36,835 bases of DNA. Origin: Patescibacteria group bacterium (GTDB taxonomy: Bacteria > Patescibacteriota > 4484-211). Positions 1-8,948 of the stretch are shown piece after piece. Numbering within the stretch: position 1 is the stretch's first letter; each line of letters opens with the position of its first letter. The notes beneath the pieces were generated by a model. The model did no database searches. It had not been told where the DNA came from and saw nothing but the letters and a program-made list of their open reading frames with translations. A program made the translations under genes and the position numbers. The stretch covers positions 1 through 36,835 of the forward strand of contig JAHISN010000057.1 in the NCBI GenBank assembly GCA_018818265.1, given 5' to 3'.

Positions 1-4
1 ACAG

Positions 5-64
5 TGAAGAACCCCGCGCTGCGACAGCCATGCGGCATCGCGTGGAGAGCGCGGGGCTTCTTCC
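5..64. repeat. ~60-bp structured palindromic element, family A copy 1
   Basis: GAAGAACCCCGCGCT...AGCGCGGGGCTTCTTC stem around core GCGACAGCCATGCGGCATCGCGTGGAG; near-identical inverted copy at 4579-4643. Confidence 0.85.
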
Positions 65-97
65 TAAGGAAAAACCAGAACATTCACAGCGTTGTTT

Positions 98-198
98 GAA
101 GAACACCATTCATCACCACTCTACGACAGCCATTCGGCATCGCGCGGAAAGGGTGGTGGCACCATTCCAAAAGAATGGTGTGCCTGGTTTTTCCACGT
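98..198. repeat. Variant copy of family A element with different stem arms
   Basis: Core CGACAGCCATTCGGCATCGCGCGGAA enclosed by CACCACTCT/AGGGTGGTG; begins TGAAGAAC and ends TTTTTCCACGT like the 4579-4643 copy. Confidence 0.7.
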
Positions 199-227
199 GA
201 AACCGTAAAGCTGGTAACTGATTAACC

Positions 228-701
228 ATGAAAACTTCTAACGATCCCAGACACGTTGCCCGTCGATTAGCGTTACAAGTCCTTTTTGCATGGGAAGGCA
301 ATCGCAGACTGGCGCGGTGGCTACCGGGACAAACAGAAGCGAGGTATAAATGCGCGCGGCAGTTGTACCGTGAATGGACACATCGTAAATATACTGCCGA
401 AGAATATTTTGATTACCAACTGCTGCAATTGCTAGTTAAGAGAATAGTTAGGAAAGCCGAAAGGTTTGATGAATTGATCGCGGATTCGGCACCGGAATGG
501 CCACTTGACCAAATTGCGCCTATCGACCTGATAATCCTTCGCATTGCTGTGGCTGAACTAACACAAAAAGGTGATTTGCCTTACAAAGTAGTTATCGACG
601 AGGCAGTTGAATTAGCTAAAGAATTTGGCGGAGATAACAGCAGCAAATTTATTAACGGCGTGCTAGGGACAATAGTAGAAAAATTAGGGAAAGTGAAATA
701 A
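228..701 (+). CDS. nusB: Transcription antitermination factor NusB
   Basis: RHVARRLALQVLF; APEWPLDQIAPIDLIILRIAVAEL; VVIDEAVELAKEFG..SSKFINGVLG. Confidence 0.95.
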   Translation: MKTSNDPRHVARRLALQVLFAWEGNRRLARWLPGQTEARYKCARQLYREWTHRKYTAEEYFDYQLLQLLVKRIVRKAERFDELIADSAPEWPLDQIAPIDLIILRIAVAELTQKGDLPYKVVIDEAVELAKEFGGDNSSKFINGVLGTIVEKLGKVK

Positions 702-705
702 GTTT

Positions 706-774
706 GTAGGAAGTAAGTTGTCGGTTGTAGGTTTATCATGTTCCTTTACCTACTACCTACTATCCACCACCTAC
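706..774. repeat. Inverted pair of degenerate heptamer arrays
   Basis: GTAGGAA-GTAAGTT-GTCGGTT-GTAGGTT facing TACCTAC-TACCTAC-TATCCAC-CACCTAC. Confidence 0.75.
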
Positions 775-783
775 CACCAAGTC

Positions 784-1476
784 ATGGATTTTACTAATCT
801 CGAAAAAAAAATAAATCTTGAATTTAAAAACACCGAGCTACTGCTTCATGCTTTTGTTCACCGCTCATACCTTAATGAGCACCGCAACTTCAAGCTGGAT
901 TCTAACGAACGGCTAGAGTTTTTAGGCGATGCCTGTCTAGAGTTAGTCGTTTCGGACTATCTCTACAAAAAATACCCTGGAGAAGACGAAGGCATCCTTA
1001 CCAACTACCGTTCGGCTCTTGTCAATACCGCATCATTAGGTGAAACTGCGCGCGAGTTAGGACTGGGAGAATACTTATTGCTCTCCCGCGGCGAAGAGGA
1101 TGGTGGCGGACGTGATTCGGAACACTTGCTGGCGAATACATTCGAAGCCATGTTGGGTGCCTGTTATCTAGAGGCAGGACTGGAAGCGAGTCAAAGAGTT
1201 GTAGAAAAACTACTCTTGCCCAAATTGGAACATATAATTGAGAAGAAACTCTACCATGATGCGAAATCCCACCTACAAGAGCTAACTCAGGAATTGGTTT
1301 CTATCACGCCGATTTATAAAATTCTTTCCGAGTGGGGACCAGATCATTCTAAGGAATTCAAAGCAGGCGTATATTTAGAAAATAAATTGATTGGAGAGGG
1401 AGAAGGCAACAGTAAGCAAAGGGCAGAGATCGACGCCGCAGAAAATGCCCTTGAAAAGTTGGACGAAAACATGTAG
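784..1476 (+). CDS. rnc: Ribonuclease III
   Basis: NERLEFLGDA signature and C-terminal dsRBD; start moved to ATG 784 (MDFTNLE) because the upstream extension is repeat-derived. Confidence 0.96.
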   Translation: MDFTNLEKKINLEFKNTELLLHAFVHRSYLNEHRNFKLDSNERLEFLGDACLELVVSDYLYKKYPGEDEGILTNYRSALVNTASLGETARELGLGEYLLLSRGEEDGGGRDSEHLLANTFEAMLGACYLEAGLEASQRVVEKLLLPKLEHIIEKKLYHDAKSHLQELTQELVSITPIYKILSEWGPDHSKEFKAGVYLENKLIGEGEGNSKQRAEIDAAENALEKLDENM

Positions 1477-1479
1477 AAT
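1451..1479 (+). promoter_or_regulatory. Putative sigma70 promoter for rpsP
   Basis: TTGAAA-17 bp-TAGAAT. Confidence 0.5.
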
Positions 1480-1486
1480 AGCATCT

Positions 1487-1590
1487 CAGCAATATAGCTA
1501 AGCAGCTACACAGTTACACATTAATATAAAGACGCAGTCTTTCAAGCGTTTGGCTATGAAGCTGAGTAGTTGCGAAGCTGACTAGCTAAT
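1487..1590. repeat. Degenerate octamer arrays (AGCT core)
   Basis: CAGCAATA TAGCTAAG CAGCTACA CAGTTACA ... TGGCTATG AAGCTGAG TAGTTGCG AAGCTGAC TAGCTAAT. Confidence 0.65.
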
Positions 1591-1595
1591 ATACC

Positions 1596-1820
1596 ATGCT
1601 CAAAATCAGACTTTCCCGAACGGGGCGCAAAAACTATCCATCATATCGTATTGTAGTAACCGAAGCGAGTCGAAAGCGCGATGGCAAGGTTACTGAGACT
1701 ATCGGTCACTACAACCTACAAACTGATCCCCCGCAGATTAAGATAAAGAAAGAGCGGTTAGAATATTGGATAGCGAAGGGTGCCCAAATGACGGACGCGG
1801 TAAGGAAACTTTCAAGCTGA
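1596..1820 (+). CDS. rpsP: 30S ribosomal protein S16
   Basis: MLKIRLSRTGRKNYPSYRIVV...RDGK..E.IGHYN...YWIAKGAQMTDAV. Confidence 0.97.
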   Translation: MLKIRLSRTGRKNYPSYRIVVTEASRKRDGKVTETIGHYNLQTDPPQIKIKKERLEYWIAKGAQMTDAVRKLSS

Positions 1821-1823
1821 TAA

Positions 1824-1846
1824 CCCCAGCACCATACGGTGCGGGG
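1824..1846. repeat. Short palindrome CCCC(A)GCACC-ATAC-GGTGCGGGG
   Basis: Hairpin visible in the sequence; related GCACCAT..ATGGTG hairpin at ~159-182. Confidence 0.55.
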
Positions 1847-1863
1847 CAGGCTGGAAACTGATT

Positions 1864-2121
1864 ATGCAAGATTTAATTGAATTTATACTCAAACAAATAA
1901 CTAACCACCCAGACGAAATCGAGGTTTCTGTTGAGAAGGAAACTGATATTAATCAAGTAAGGTTTAATGTCCTTTTAAATCCTGAGGATATGGGTATTGT
2001 TATCGGCAAGGATGGGCGCACGATTAAATCTATCCGCAATCTGGTTAATATCATCGCCTTGCCAAAGGGTATAAATATTTATTTGGATGTCAAAGAGAAG
2101 GGGAAAATTGCCGCGCTGTAG
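1864..2121 (+). CDS. khpA: KH-domain RNA-binding protein (KhpA/YlqC family)
   Basis: DMGIVIGKDGRTIKSIR (GxxG loop); canonical position after rpsP. Confidence 0.88.
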   Translation: MQDLIEFILKQITNHPDEIEVSVEKETDINQVRFNVLLNPEDMGIVIGKDGRTIKSIRNLVNIIALPKGINIYLDVKEKGKIAAL

Positions 2122-2143
2122 CCCTGCCTCGCCGGCAGGCGGG
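2112..2143. repeat. Palindromic element CGCGCTGwAGCCCTGCC-nnn-CCGGCAGGCGGG, copy 1
   Basis: Second copy at 13347-13378. Confidence 0.75.
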
Positions 2144-2173
2144 TTTAGCATAAACGGGCTAGCGAGGCTGAAT

Positions 2174-2884
2174 TTAGAACGGATCCTCTTTCCCGCTGCC
2201 AATTTCACTTTCCCCTACTTCACCTATTGTCGATTGTATAAAAGTGCCGTAAGAATTTAACTTGGATACCTGAGCTAATATTTCCTCATCGGCCGTACCC
2301 AATCCGATTAACGCCTCTTCCACCGCTCCAAAGCTTTTTGGTAACGGAAGATATGGAAACAGAACATCAGCTGACACATGTAATTTATCCTCATCACTTT
2401 CAATTTCCAAATTATTTAACGAGAGGACACGTTTGGCCCGCTCGGTGTTTTTAAGAAAAGCAACAATTTGCGAAGCATCACCGTCAACAATAACAGGGAC
2501 TTGTAATACCGCTCCACCACCTTGATTTCCTAAACCTTCGGCGCTACTAACAGCCACACTCAGCGTCCCCAGTTCAACTTGCGAATTTCGCGCCAGACTC
2601 TCCAATGCGGCAAATGCAGTCCATTCATGAGCAAAAGAAGGCAAAGCCTCTTCTAAAATGAGAATACTGGTATCCAATACTGCTTCACTTAATGTGCCTA
2701 AAAGTTCAGCCTTTGGCATTAATTTCCGTTCCAAAAGGATTTCTTTCTCTACAATCTCGGCTTTCATTTGATAACTTTCCCTGACCCATGGGTAAATAGC
2801 AAACATCACCACCCCAAACGAAACAATAGTACAAACAACAGGAAACAAAATAGATGGTTGTTTAAAACTAAAAAATGTTTTCAT
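2174..2884 (-). CDS. pilO: Type IV pilus assembly protein, PilO-like
   Basis: N-terminal TM, coiled coil, then a periplasmic domain (FLKNTERAKRVLSLNNLEI); third gene of a pilM-led cluster. Confidence 0.7.
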   Translation of the reverse strand: MKTFFSFKQPSILFPVVCTIVSFGVVMFAIYPWVRESYQMKAEIVEKEILLERKLMPKAELLGTLSEAVLDTSILILEEALPSFAHEWTAFAALESLARNSQVELGTLSVAVSSAEGLGNQGGGAVLQVPVIVDGDASQIVAFLKNTERAKRVLSLNNLEIESDEDKLHVSADVLFPYLPLPKSFGAVEEALIGLGTADEEILAQVSKLNSYGTFIQSTIGEVGESEIGSGKEDPF

Positions 2885-3429
2885 ATACTTCTCTCCAATG
2901 TTAATACAAAGACAATCTCATTTTTATCCAGTCTAAAGTCGCACAACTTAACAGTAGTACTCCGTATTTCCTCCCAATCATCAAGTACTGTTACCAAATT
3001 ATCTACCTGTTCAAGGGAATCTGTTTGGGCGACAAGTTCGAAAGTTAATGGAGTATTAACCTGATTTAAAGATAGCATACGCACGCCCGGAGGAAGTTTA
3101 CCATTAATACCGTCAACAAAATCTGCAAAGATTCCGCGCTCAACAAAATGTGTGCTCAGAAATTCAACTTTATCCTTTACAGTTAGTAACTTGCCCTCTA
3201 GTCGACGATTGTCTTCATTGTTTATAAATAAATTCTGTTCGATAATCTGAACCTGAAGACCATTCAAACGCTCACGCACCTGGCTATGATAAGTAAAAAC
3301 AACCAACACAGCACCAGCTAGTAGAAGAAGTTCACCAACGCAAATAAGATATATCCTTAGTAAGTGAGCTTTTTTACGATCACTTGCTTGATACTCTGTA
3401 GGAAGAAGATTAACACCTGAAGGGTTCAT
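2881..3429 (-). CDS. pilN: Type IV pilus assembly protein, PilN-like
   Basis: N-terminal VNLLP PilM-binding motif, TM, coiled coil, LPPGVRMLSL. Confidence 0.8.
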   Translation of the reverse strand: MNPSGVNLLPTEYQASDRKKAHLLRIYLICVGELLLLAGAVLVVFTYHSQVRERLNGLQVQIIEQNLFINNEDNRRLEGKLLTVKDKVEFLSTHFVERGIFADFVDGINGKLPPGVRMLSLNQVNTPLTFELVAQTDSLEQVDNLVTVLDDWEEIRSTTVKLCDFRLDKNEIVFVLTLERSI

Positions 3430-4484
3430 ATTCGTTTCAATCCTAAGCCTACCGCCACAGCAAAATGCGTTTGATTTTCGAGACGGTGAACATCTTCCTC
3501 AAACTGCGGTGGCACTTTGACATCAATCCATGGATCAGCAATCTGAACTTCAACTCCCAGGCTTTCCGCAAGATAGACAACCACACCCGGCAAACGTGCC
3601 GTTCCTCCAGTTAAAACCACTCGCTTAACAGGGTGCATAGGTTTCTGAGCCTGATATGATAAAATCGCTTTTTCTATCTCGTTCACAATAATATCAAATA
3701 CCGGCTTAATAACACTAACAACCTTGCCCCCTAATTTGTCTTCTAAAAGCCCATAAGCCCTCTTGTACTCTTCAGCCTGATCCTGCTCAAACCCAAGCTC
3801 ACGAGAAATTACCTTGGCAAGATCACTACCGCTGGTACCAATACTACGAGTGAACTGAATAATACCTTGGTCAACAATACATAAATCTGTAGCTGAAGCT
3901 CCTAAAGAAATAATAAGGGTCACTGGGCAATCTGATCCCTGAGGAGACAATGAACGCGCCATCCCAATAATCTCCGACTCAAAAGCTAATGGTTCCAATC
4001 CGGCCATCCCCAAAATGGTTATGTATCGATCTACAAGAGTTAAAGGGGCAGCAACAAGCAAAATTTTCATCCGCTTGCCTTTACCCCCATCCTGAGTGCC
4101 TGGGACGGTTCCATCTTCTAAAACCATCCAACTAGTCTTGACTTCATCTTTGGGAAGAGGAATAAAACGTTCGACCTCCCATTCCAGAGCGTTATGTAGA
4201 TCCTGCCCCTTAAGCGGGGGAAACTCAATTACACGAGTAAATATTTTAGCTTCGGGAAAAGCAGTAACTACCTTACGCGAGCGTACTTTTGCTTCTTTTA
4301 AAAGCATTTTAATTATTTTAGCAACCTTTTCCTGATCATCCTCTGCTTCTGATTGTAATACATTGAGAGGAGTATCCACGCTACCAAAAGCAACTAATTC
4401 AGGCTTTCCCTCACGGGGATGTAATATTTCCACGACTTTAAAACTGTAGGAACCAATATCTAAACCTAAAATTTGTTGTGTCAC
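3426..4484 (-). CDS. pilM: Type IV pilus assembly protein PilM (actin-like ATPase fold)
   Basis: LGLDIGSYSFKVVE; VVLTGGTARLPG; FAVAVGLGLK. Confidence 0.93.
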   Translation of the reverse strand: MTQQILGLDIGSYSFKVVEILHPREGKPELVAFGSVDTPLNVLQSEAEDDQEKVAKIIKMLLKEAKVRSRKVVTAFPEAKIFTRVIEFPPLKGQDLHNALEWEVERFIPLPKDEVKTSWMVLEDGTVPGTQDGGKGKRMKILLVAAPLTLVDRYITILGMAGLEPLAFESEIIGMARSLSPQGSDCPVTLIISLGASATDLCIVDQGIIQFTRSIGTSGSDLAKVISRELGFEQDQAEEYKRAYGLLEDKLGGKVVSVIKPVFDIIVNEIEKAILSYQAQKPMHPVKRVVLTGGTARLPGVVVYLAESLGVEVQIADPWIDVKVPPQFEEDVHRLENQTHFAVAVGLGLKRI

Positions 4485-4578
4485 GACCTAATCCTACCTT
4501 CAAATGACAATCACTGTCAATAGCAAGTTGTCCTGTGTGAATAGTAAAAGCAATCCCGCATGAATGCTGTTCTTATTA

Positions 4579-4643
4579 CGTGGAAAAAGCCCCGCGCTCT
4601 CCACGCGATGCCGCATGGCTGTCTCAGCACGGGGTTCTTCACA
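4579..4643. repeat. Family A element, inverted copy
   Basis: Reverse complement matches 5-64 with about 3 mismatches. Confidence 0.85.
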
Positions 4644-4662
4644 ATGTGCTAAAATAGAAACA

Positions 4663-5184
4663 ATGCCGCGCGAAAAATCCGGGACTATCCGTGTAAGTTA
4701 CAATAAGCCATTACTAATCGGCCTGATAACAGGAGCAGTTTTAATCATAATAGCAGGGGCTTGCTTCCTGTTAATTCTCAGTCGACCAATAGGCGAATCT
4801 ACGCAATATGGACCAACTGAACAGGTAACCCATCGCATACTAATGGCTTTTAACAAAATGGGAGAATTTTTAAATATAAGAAAAATAGCAACGCCTTCTC
4901 CGACACCACCAGTTGAGCCAACTCTTTCACCGCCGTTTCCTGGTATAACACCAAAGACACTGCAAACTAACAATCCGCTTTTCGCTTCGCAGGAACTATC
5001 ACACGTCATTCTGGAGTTGAAACAAAAAGGGCTAACAGTACTAACAGTGGAAAGACTCTACTTTCAGGGTAAAAACGAGCTGGAAAATGGCAACCAAGAA
5101 GCTGCGCTGCGCTCCTTTCGCACCGGTTATGATTTAGCTCAGGAAATCCTAGTCGCCGCGGATTACTATCTTGGAACTCTTTAG
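4663..5184 (+). CDS. Hypothetical single-TM membrane protein with Pro/Thr linker
   Basis: TM LLIGLITGAVLIIIAGACFLLIL, TPSPTPP linker, helical C-terminus; ATG 4663 follows TGcTAAAAT by 7 nt; the longer ORF start runs through a repeat. Confidence 0.75.
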   Translation: MPREKSGTIRVSYNKPLLIGLITGAVLIIIAGACFLLILSRPIGESTQYGPTEQVTHRILMAFNKMGEFLNIRKIATPSPTPPVEPTLSPPFPGITPKTLQTNNPLFASQELSHVILELKQKGLTVLTVERLYFQGKNELENGNQEAALRSFRTGYDLAQEILVAADYYLGTL

Positions 5185-5185
5185 C

Positions 5186-7402
5186 CTATCTTCTGGCCTT
5201 TACTCCCAGCTTTGTCTCCAGCATTTTTACAGTTCTTTCGACTAATTTACTCACCTCCTTATGTGATAAAGAGCTTAGGGACGATTGAAAAGTGAGGTGC
5301 AAGGAAACGGATTTTTTGTCAACACCCAAATTATAGTCATCTGTGAAAATATCAAAAATCTTTACTTCCTGCAAAAACTTTCCGCCTTCTTCCTTAATCG
5401 CACGGAGTAAGTTACCTAAGTTATCATTTTTATTAACAATTACTGAAATGTCCTGCTTAATCTCTGGATGCGGAGAAACTGGCAAATACTCACTTCGAGA
5501 TTCACATAGTTTAATAATTTCCTCAAAATTAAGCACGGCGACAGATACTTGCGTATCAACAATCCCGAAATTTTGCAGTACTTTGTCACTGACAAGCCCG
5601 ATCTGTCCGATTTTGCTGTTTTTTGCAGTAATAGCGGCTTGGATATTTTCTGTTAGATAGGGAATCTTATCCGTCAACTCAAAAAGAATACTTTCTACAC
5701 CCAATTTTCTTAACAAATATTCTACTGCGCCCTTAAGCTCGATATATCGTTCCTGAAATCCAGCGTTTCTGGCAATCAAGAGCCCCAAATGTTCTGGTTC
5801 GTCGGGCAGTTCTCCTCTGGCCTTCGGTATTATATGACGGCCGCACTCGAAAAGTTTAAACTCGTTAATACGCTTAAGATTCTCTTGAGCTTTTTCTAGC
5901 AATCCGGGGATTAACGATTGACGCAAGAGCACATGTTCCGAAGACAAGGGGTTTTTAAGTCTTAAGTAATTTGACGCGTCCAGTTCGGCCTTTTGTGCAA
6001 TCACTTCATTAGTAAAACTGTAACTGTAAACCTCGTCGAACCCCAAAGCTGTGAGAACCGATTTAGCTTGACGCCTTACTATGACCCGCTGATTTAGACG
6101 CGGCGTGGTTAAATCCCGCACCGGCAGTGTGCCTATAATTCTATTATAGCCATATAAACGGGCAATTTCCTCCAGTAAGTCTTCTTCAATATTTAAATCG
6201 GCACGGAAAGTGGGAATCGTCACCTCCCAGTTGAACGCTTTACCTTGCTTGTAGTGGCGAACTTTAGTTCGCGTCTCATCGTGAGTGTGAGTAGTCTCAG
6301 TTGAGGTTTCCACCTTTAACCCTAGTGACTCTAGATATTCTTTGCCCCTCGCATCGGGCAAATTAATCCCCAGAAAAGTCCCAACTCGTTCGGGATTCAA
6401 AACAATAGCTTTTTCTTCTCGCGGCTGAGGGTAAACATCAACAACTTCAGATGTCAGTTTAGCGCCGGCATATTCCTGCAATAGTTTAACGCTTTCATTA
6501 AAACCCACTACCGCTAAATTGGGATCCTGATTCTTTTCAAAACGTGTAGAAGCATCGGTGCGTAAACCAAGTTTGCTTGATGTTTTACGGATCGAATACA
6601 TCTCAAAGTTAGCTGATTCCAAGACAATCAACTCTGTTATGTCATTAACCTCTGTTTCTTTACCCCCCATAATACCAGCAATAGCGACGGGTTTCTCGGC
6701 ATCCGCGATCACCATCGTGGTAGGGTTAAGCTGTCTATTCTTGCCATCGATAGTAATAATTTCTTCGCCTTCTCGCGCCTGCCTAACGATAACATTAACA
6801 TTTGACCATTGACCATTGACCATTGACTCAATATCTTTTTTTGCTAAAGGTTCGGATAGGGTTTTTATTTTTAACTTTTCATTTTTTCCGCCAGAGGCGG
6901 ACCAGCCTTTGGCTGGAACTTTTAACTTGCACGCGTTAAATGCGTGCAGCGGTTGCCCAAATTTCAGCATTACATAATTAGTGATGTCAACAACATTATT
7001 AATCGGACGAAGACCCATAGATTTGAGAAACAGCTGCAGCCAGTCAGGCGAATCTGTTACATTTACCTCAAGAATACCGCCGGTATAGCGGAAGCAACTG
7101 GAAGTTTGAATCTCAATGTCTAAAATAGGGGTCACCCCTAAAATAGGGGCGACCCCTAAAATGGGGGCGGCCCCTATTCCTAGACTGTAATACGCTGCAA
7201 CTTCTCGGGCGATTCCCCAGTGACTAAAACAGTCCGGGCGATGTGTTAGAGCTTTATTCTCAATCTCCAGAATGTAATCATCTCCAAACTTTTTAACCGA
7301 TTCTGTCTCGGCCAGTTTTATACTTAACTCGGCGGCAACTTCTTCGGGTGTCTTGCTCAGTTTTGGTAAAAACTCTTTGATGAGGTTATATGATATTTTC
7401 AT
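5186..7402 (-). CDS. pheT: Phenylalanine--tRNA ligase beta subunit (no B2 OB-fold; repeat-derived inserts)
   Basis: THRPDCFSHWGIAREVAA; INNVVDITNYVM..GQPLHAF; DLNIEEDLLEEIARLYGY; C-terminal FDX-ACB domain. Confidence 0.96.
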   Translation of the reverse strand: MKISYNLIKEFLPKLSKTPEEVAAELSIKLAETESVKKFGDDYILEIENKALTHRPDCFSHWGIAREVAAYYSLGIGAAPILGVAPILGVTPILDIEIQTSSCFRYTGGILEVNVTDSPDWLQLFLKSMGLRPINNVVDITNYVMLKFGQPLHAFNACKLKVPAKGWSASGGKNEKLKIKTLSEPLAKKDIESMVNGQWSNVNVIVRQAREGEEIITIDGKNRQLNPTTMVIADAEKPVAIAGIMGGKETEVNDITELIVLESANFEMYSIRKTSSKLGLRTDASTRFEKNQDPNLAVVGFNESVKLLQEYAGAKLTSEVVDVYPQPREEKAIVLNPERVGTFLGINLPDARGKEYLESLGLKVETSTETTHTHDETRTKVRHYKQGKAFNWEVTIPTFRADLNIEEDLLEEIARLYGYNRIIGTLPVRDLTTPRLNQRVIVRRQAKSVLTALGFDEVYSYSFTNEVIAQKAELDASNYLRLKNPLSSEHVLLRQSLIPGLLEKAQENLKRINEFKLFECGRHIIPKARGELPDEPEHLGLLIARNAGFQERYIELKGAVEYLLRKLGVESILFELTDKIPYLTENIQAAITAKNSKIGQIGLVSDKVLQNFGIVDTQVSVAVLNFEEIIKLCESRSEYLPVSPHPEIKQDISVIVNKNDNLGNLLRAIKEEGGKFLQEVKIFDIFTDDYNLGVDKKSVSLHLTFQSSLSSLSHKEVSKLVERTVKMLETKLGVKARR
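6251..6272. repeat. GTAG-initiated REP-like palindrome inside pheT
   Basis: GTAGTG-GCGAACT-TT-AGTTCGC. Confidence 0.65.
6802..6916. repeat. Heptamer arrays plus double hairpin inside pheT
   Basis: (TTGACCA)x3 at 6802-6827; TCCGCCAGAGGCGGA and CCAGCCTTTGGCTGG at 6887-6916. Confidence 0.75.
7121..7176. repeat. 3x 18-bp palindromic tandem repeat inside pheT
   Basis: TAAAATAGGGGTCACCCC / TAAAATAGGGGCGACCCC / TAAAATGGGGGCGGCCCC, encoding GAAPIL-GVAPIL-GVTPIL. Confidence 0.9.
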
Positions 7403-7500
7403 GTTTCAGTTTTCAGTAATCAGTTAAATGTAGTCGTAAAGCTCAAAACGCAAAACTCAAAGTTACAATGCAAAGCTAAAAGCTATCAGCTAACAGCTAT
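7403..7500. repeat. Intergenic degenerate heptamer arrays
   Basis: TTCAGTT TTCAGTA ATCAGTT; AAAGCTC AAAACGC AAAACTC; AAAGCTA TCAGCTA ACAGCTA. Confidence 0.65.
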
Positions 7501-8553
7501 CTAAAATTGCCTTATAAACCTTAAATCCCCACTATAGAAATGCCTAATGTTTTCAATCCCATATTTAACCATCACCAGCCTGTCCAGACCGAAACCCCAA
7601 GCAAATCCGGAATATTTTTGTGGATCTAGCCCTGCTTCAGCCAATACGCTGGGGTGAACCATACCGGCACCAGCCAGTTCCAGCCAGCCACTGCCACCAC
7701 AAGTAGAGCATCTTTCGCCTTCAACTTCGCCTGTACCGAAGCAAATAGCACAATCGAGCAAAAATTCAATACCTGGCTCTACAAAAGGGAAGTGGCTCGG
7801 CTGAATCTTCATTTTAATATCTCTTTGAGAAAACTCGTCTAAAAATTTCTTGAAAGTACCGATCAAGTCTGGCAACTTAATACCCTTATCAACATAAAGA
7901 CCTTCTATTTGATTTAAAGTATGCTCATGGCTGGCATCGGTAGCCTCATGCCGAAAACAGCGGCCAACAATAATTGCTCTAATCGGCGGCTTTTGCCCCA
8001 ACAAAATACGGTGCTGCATGCTGGAAGTATGAGTAATCAAAACTAATTCGTCTTCAGTCCAAAAAGTATCCCACAAGTCACGTGCAGGGTGTTGCGGCGG
8101 CATATTCAAAGACTCGAAGTTATGGTAATCATCATCCACTTCTCTCGCTTCAAACACTTCAAATCCCATGCGGACAAAAATGTCCTCGGCATACTGGCGC
8201 ATTTGAGTAATGGGATGCAAATGTCCTAACTGAAAGTCAGCGCCCGGGGCAGTAAGATCGAAGAACGTCGAGAGCTGAGAGCGAGAGACGGGACTAGGGG
8301 GTAATTCATGAAACTGCTTTTCTCGTTCCTGTAAGGCTTTGGCCAAAGCCTGTTTCAACTCGTTAACAGCTTTCCCCGCCGATGCCCGCTCCTTAGCAGG
8401 TAACTGTGCAATTTGTCGTGTAAGTTTGGTAAATTTTCCTACCTTGCCTAAATACTCTTTTCGCCAAAAAGCGAGCGTGTTGATATCTCTTGTTTTTGCT
8501 AATTCATTAAGCGCCGATTTTTTTATTTGGGTTGCCGTTTTAGTAAAAGTCAT
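7501..8553 (-). CDS. pheS: Phenylalanine--tRNA ligase alpha subunit
   Basis: GHLHPITQ, HPARDLWDTF, THTSSMQ, FPFVEPG, GAGMVHP, GFAWGFGLDRLVM; start set at ATG 8553. Confidence 0.97.
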   Translation of the reverse strand: MTFTKTATQIKKSALNELAKTRDINTLAFWRKEYLGKVGKFTKLTRQIAQLPAKERASAGKAVNELKQALAKALQEREKQFHELPPSPVSRSQLSTFFDLTAPGADFQLGHLHPITQMRQYAEDIFVRMGFEVFEAREVDDDYHNFESLNMPPQHPARDLWDTFWTEDELVLITHTSSMQHRILLGQKPPIRAIIVGRCFRHEATDASHEHTLNQIEGLYVDKGIKLPDLIGTFKKFLDEFSQRDIKMKIQPSHFPFVEPGIEFLLDCAICFGTGEVEGERCSTCGGSGWLELAGAGMVHPSVLAEAGLDPQKYSGFAWGFGLDRLVMVKYGIENIRHFYSGDLRFIRQF

Positions 8554-8646
8554 TGTTGCCCGAAAACATATCCGCAACAAACTAAAGCCTGTCAATACAG
8601 TGAGACTGACAACTAACTACCGAAAACCGTTCACTGATTAACTGAT

Positions 8647-8868
8647 CTACACATCAGAGAACCACCCCCAGAAAATACTCAAGAAGGGTATTACGAAACG
8701 AACAAGAAGATAATAGCAAGCACAAATGCTAACGGTGGATACCAGATATTTAGGTTGAAAGAGTTTAGCGGCAATAACAAGCATATCCGGCTCGTTTTTG
8801 TATTCATAATAACCGAAAAATGTCTGAATAACCGCGAAAAGGATGAGGGTTTGCTGAAATAAAGTCAT
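8647..8868 (-). CDS. Small hypothetical membrane protein
   Basis: 73-aa hydrophobic ORF filling the rplT-pheS gap in operon orientation. Confidence 0.55.
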   Translation of the reverse strand: MTLFQQTLILFAVIQTFFGYYEYKNEPDMLVIAAKLFQPKYLVSTVSICACYYLLVRFVIPFLSIFWGWFSDV

Positions 8869-8948
8869 GTCGATAATTAATTCGGCTTCTTAACTCTGTT
8901 ACTGCAACAAGGATATGAAACGTTGTGCTGCTGTTAAGCTTCAGAAAA

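Noticed and set aside
718-783. N-terminal extensions of rnc (also 4564-4662, rpsO 32027-32125, pheS 8554-8595, infC 10220-10267)
   Set aside because: They run through repeats or promoter sequence; downstream starts fit family length or promoter position.
7121-7176. CRISPR array (also considered for 29317-29450 and 32851-33508)
   Set aside because: Units are tandem without unique spacers of regular length; no cas genes.
7690-7752. CxxCxGxG...CxxCxGxG motif in PheS as a novelty
   Set aside because: A four-Cys insert at this position is common in PheS of many bacteria.
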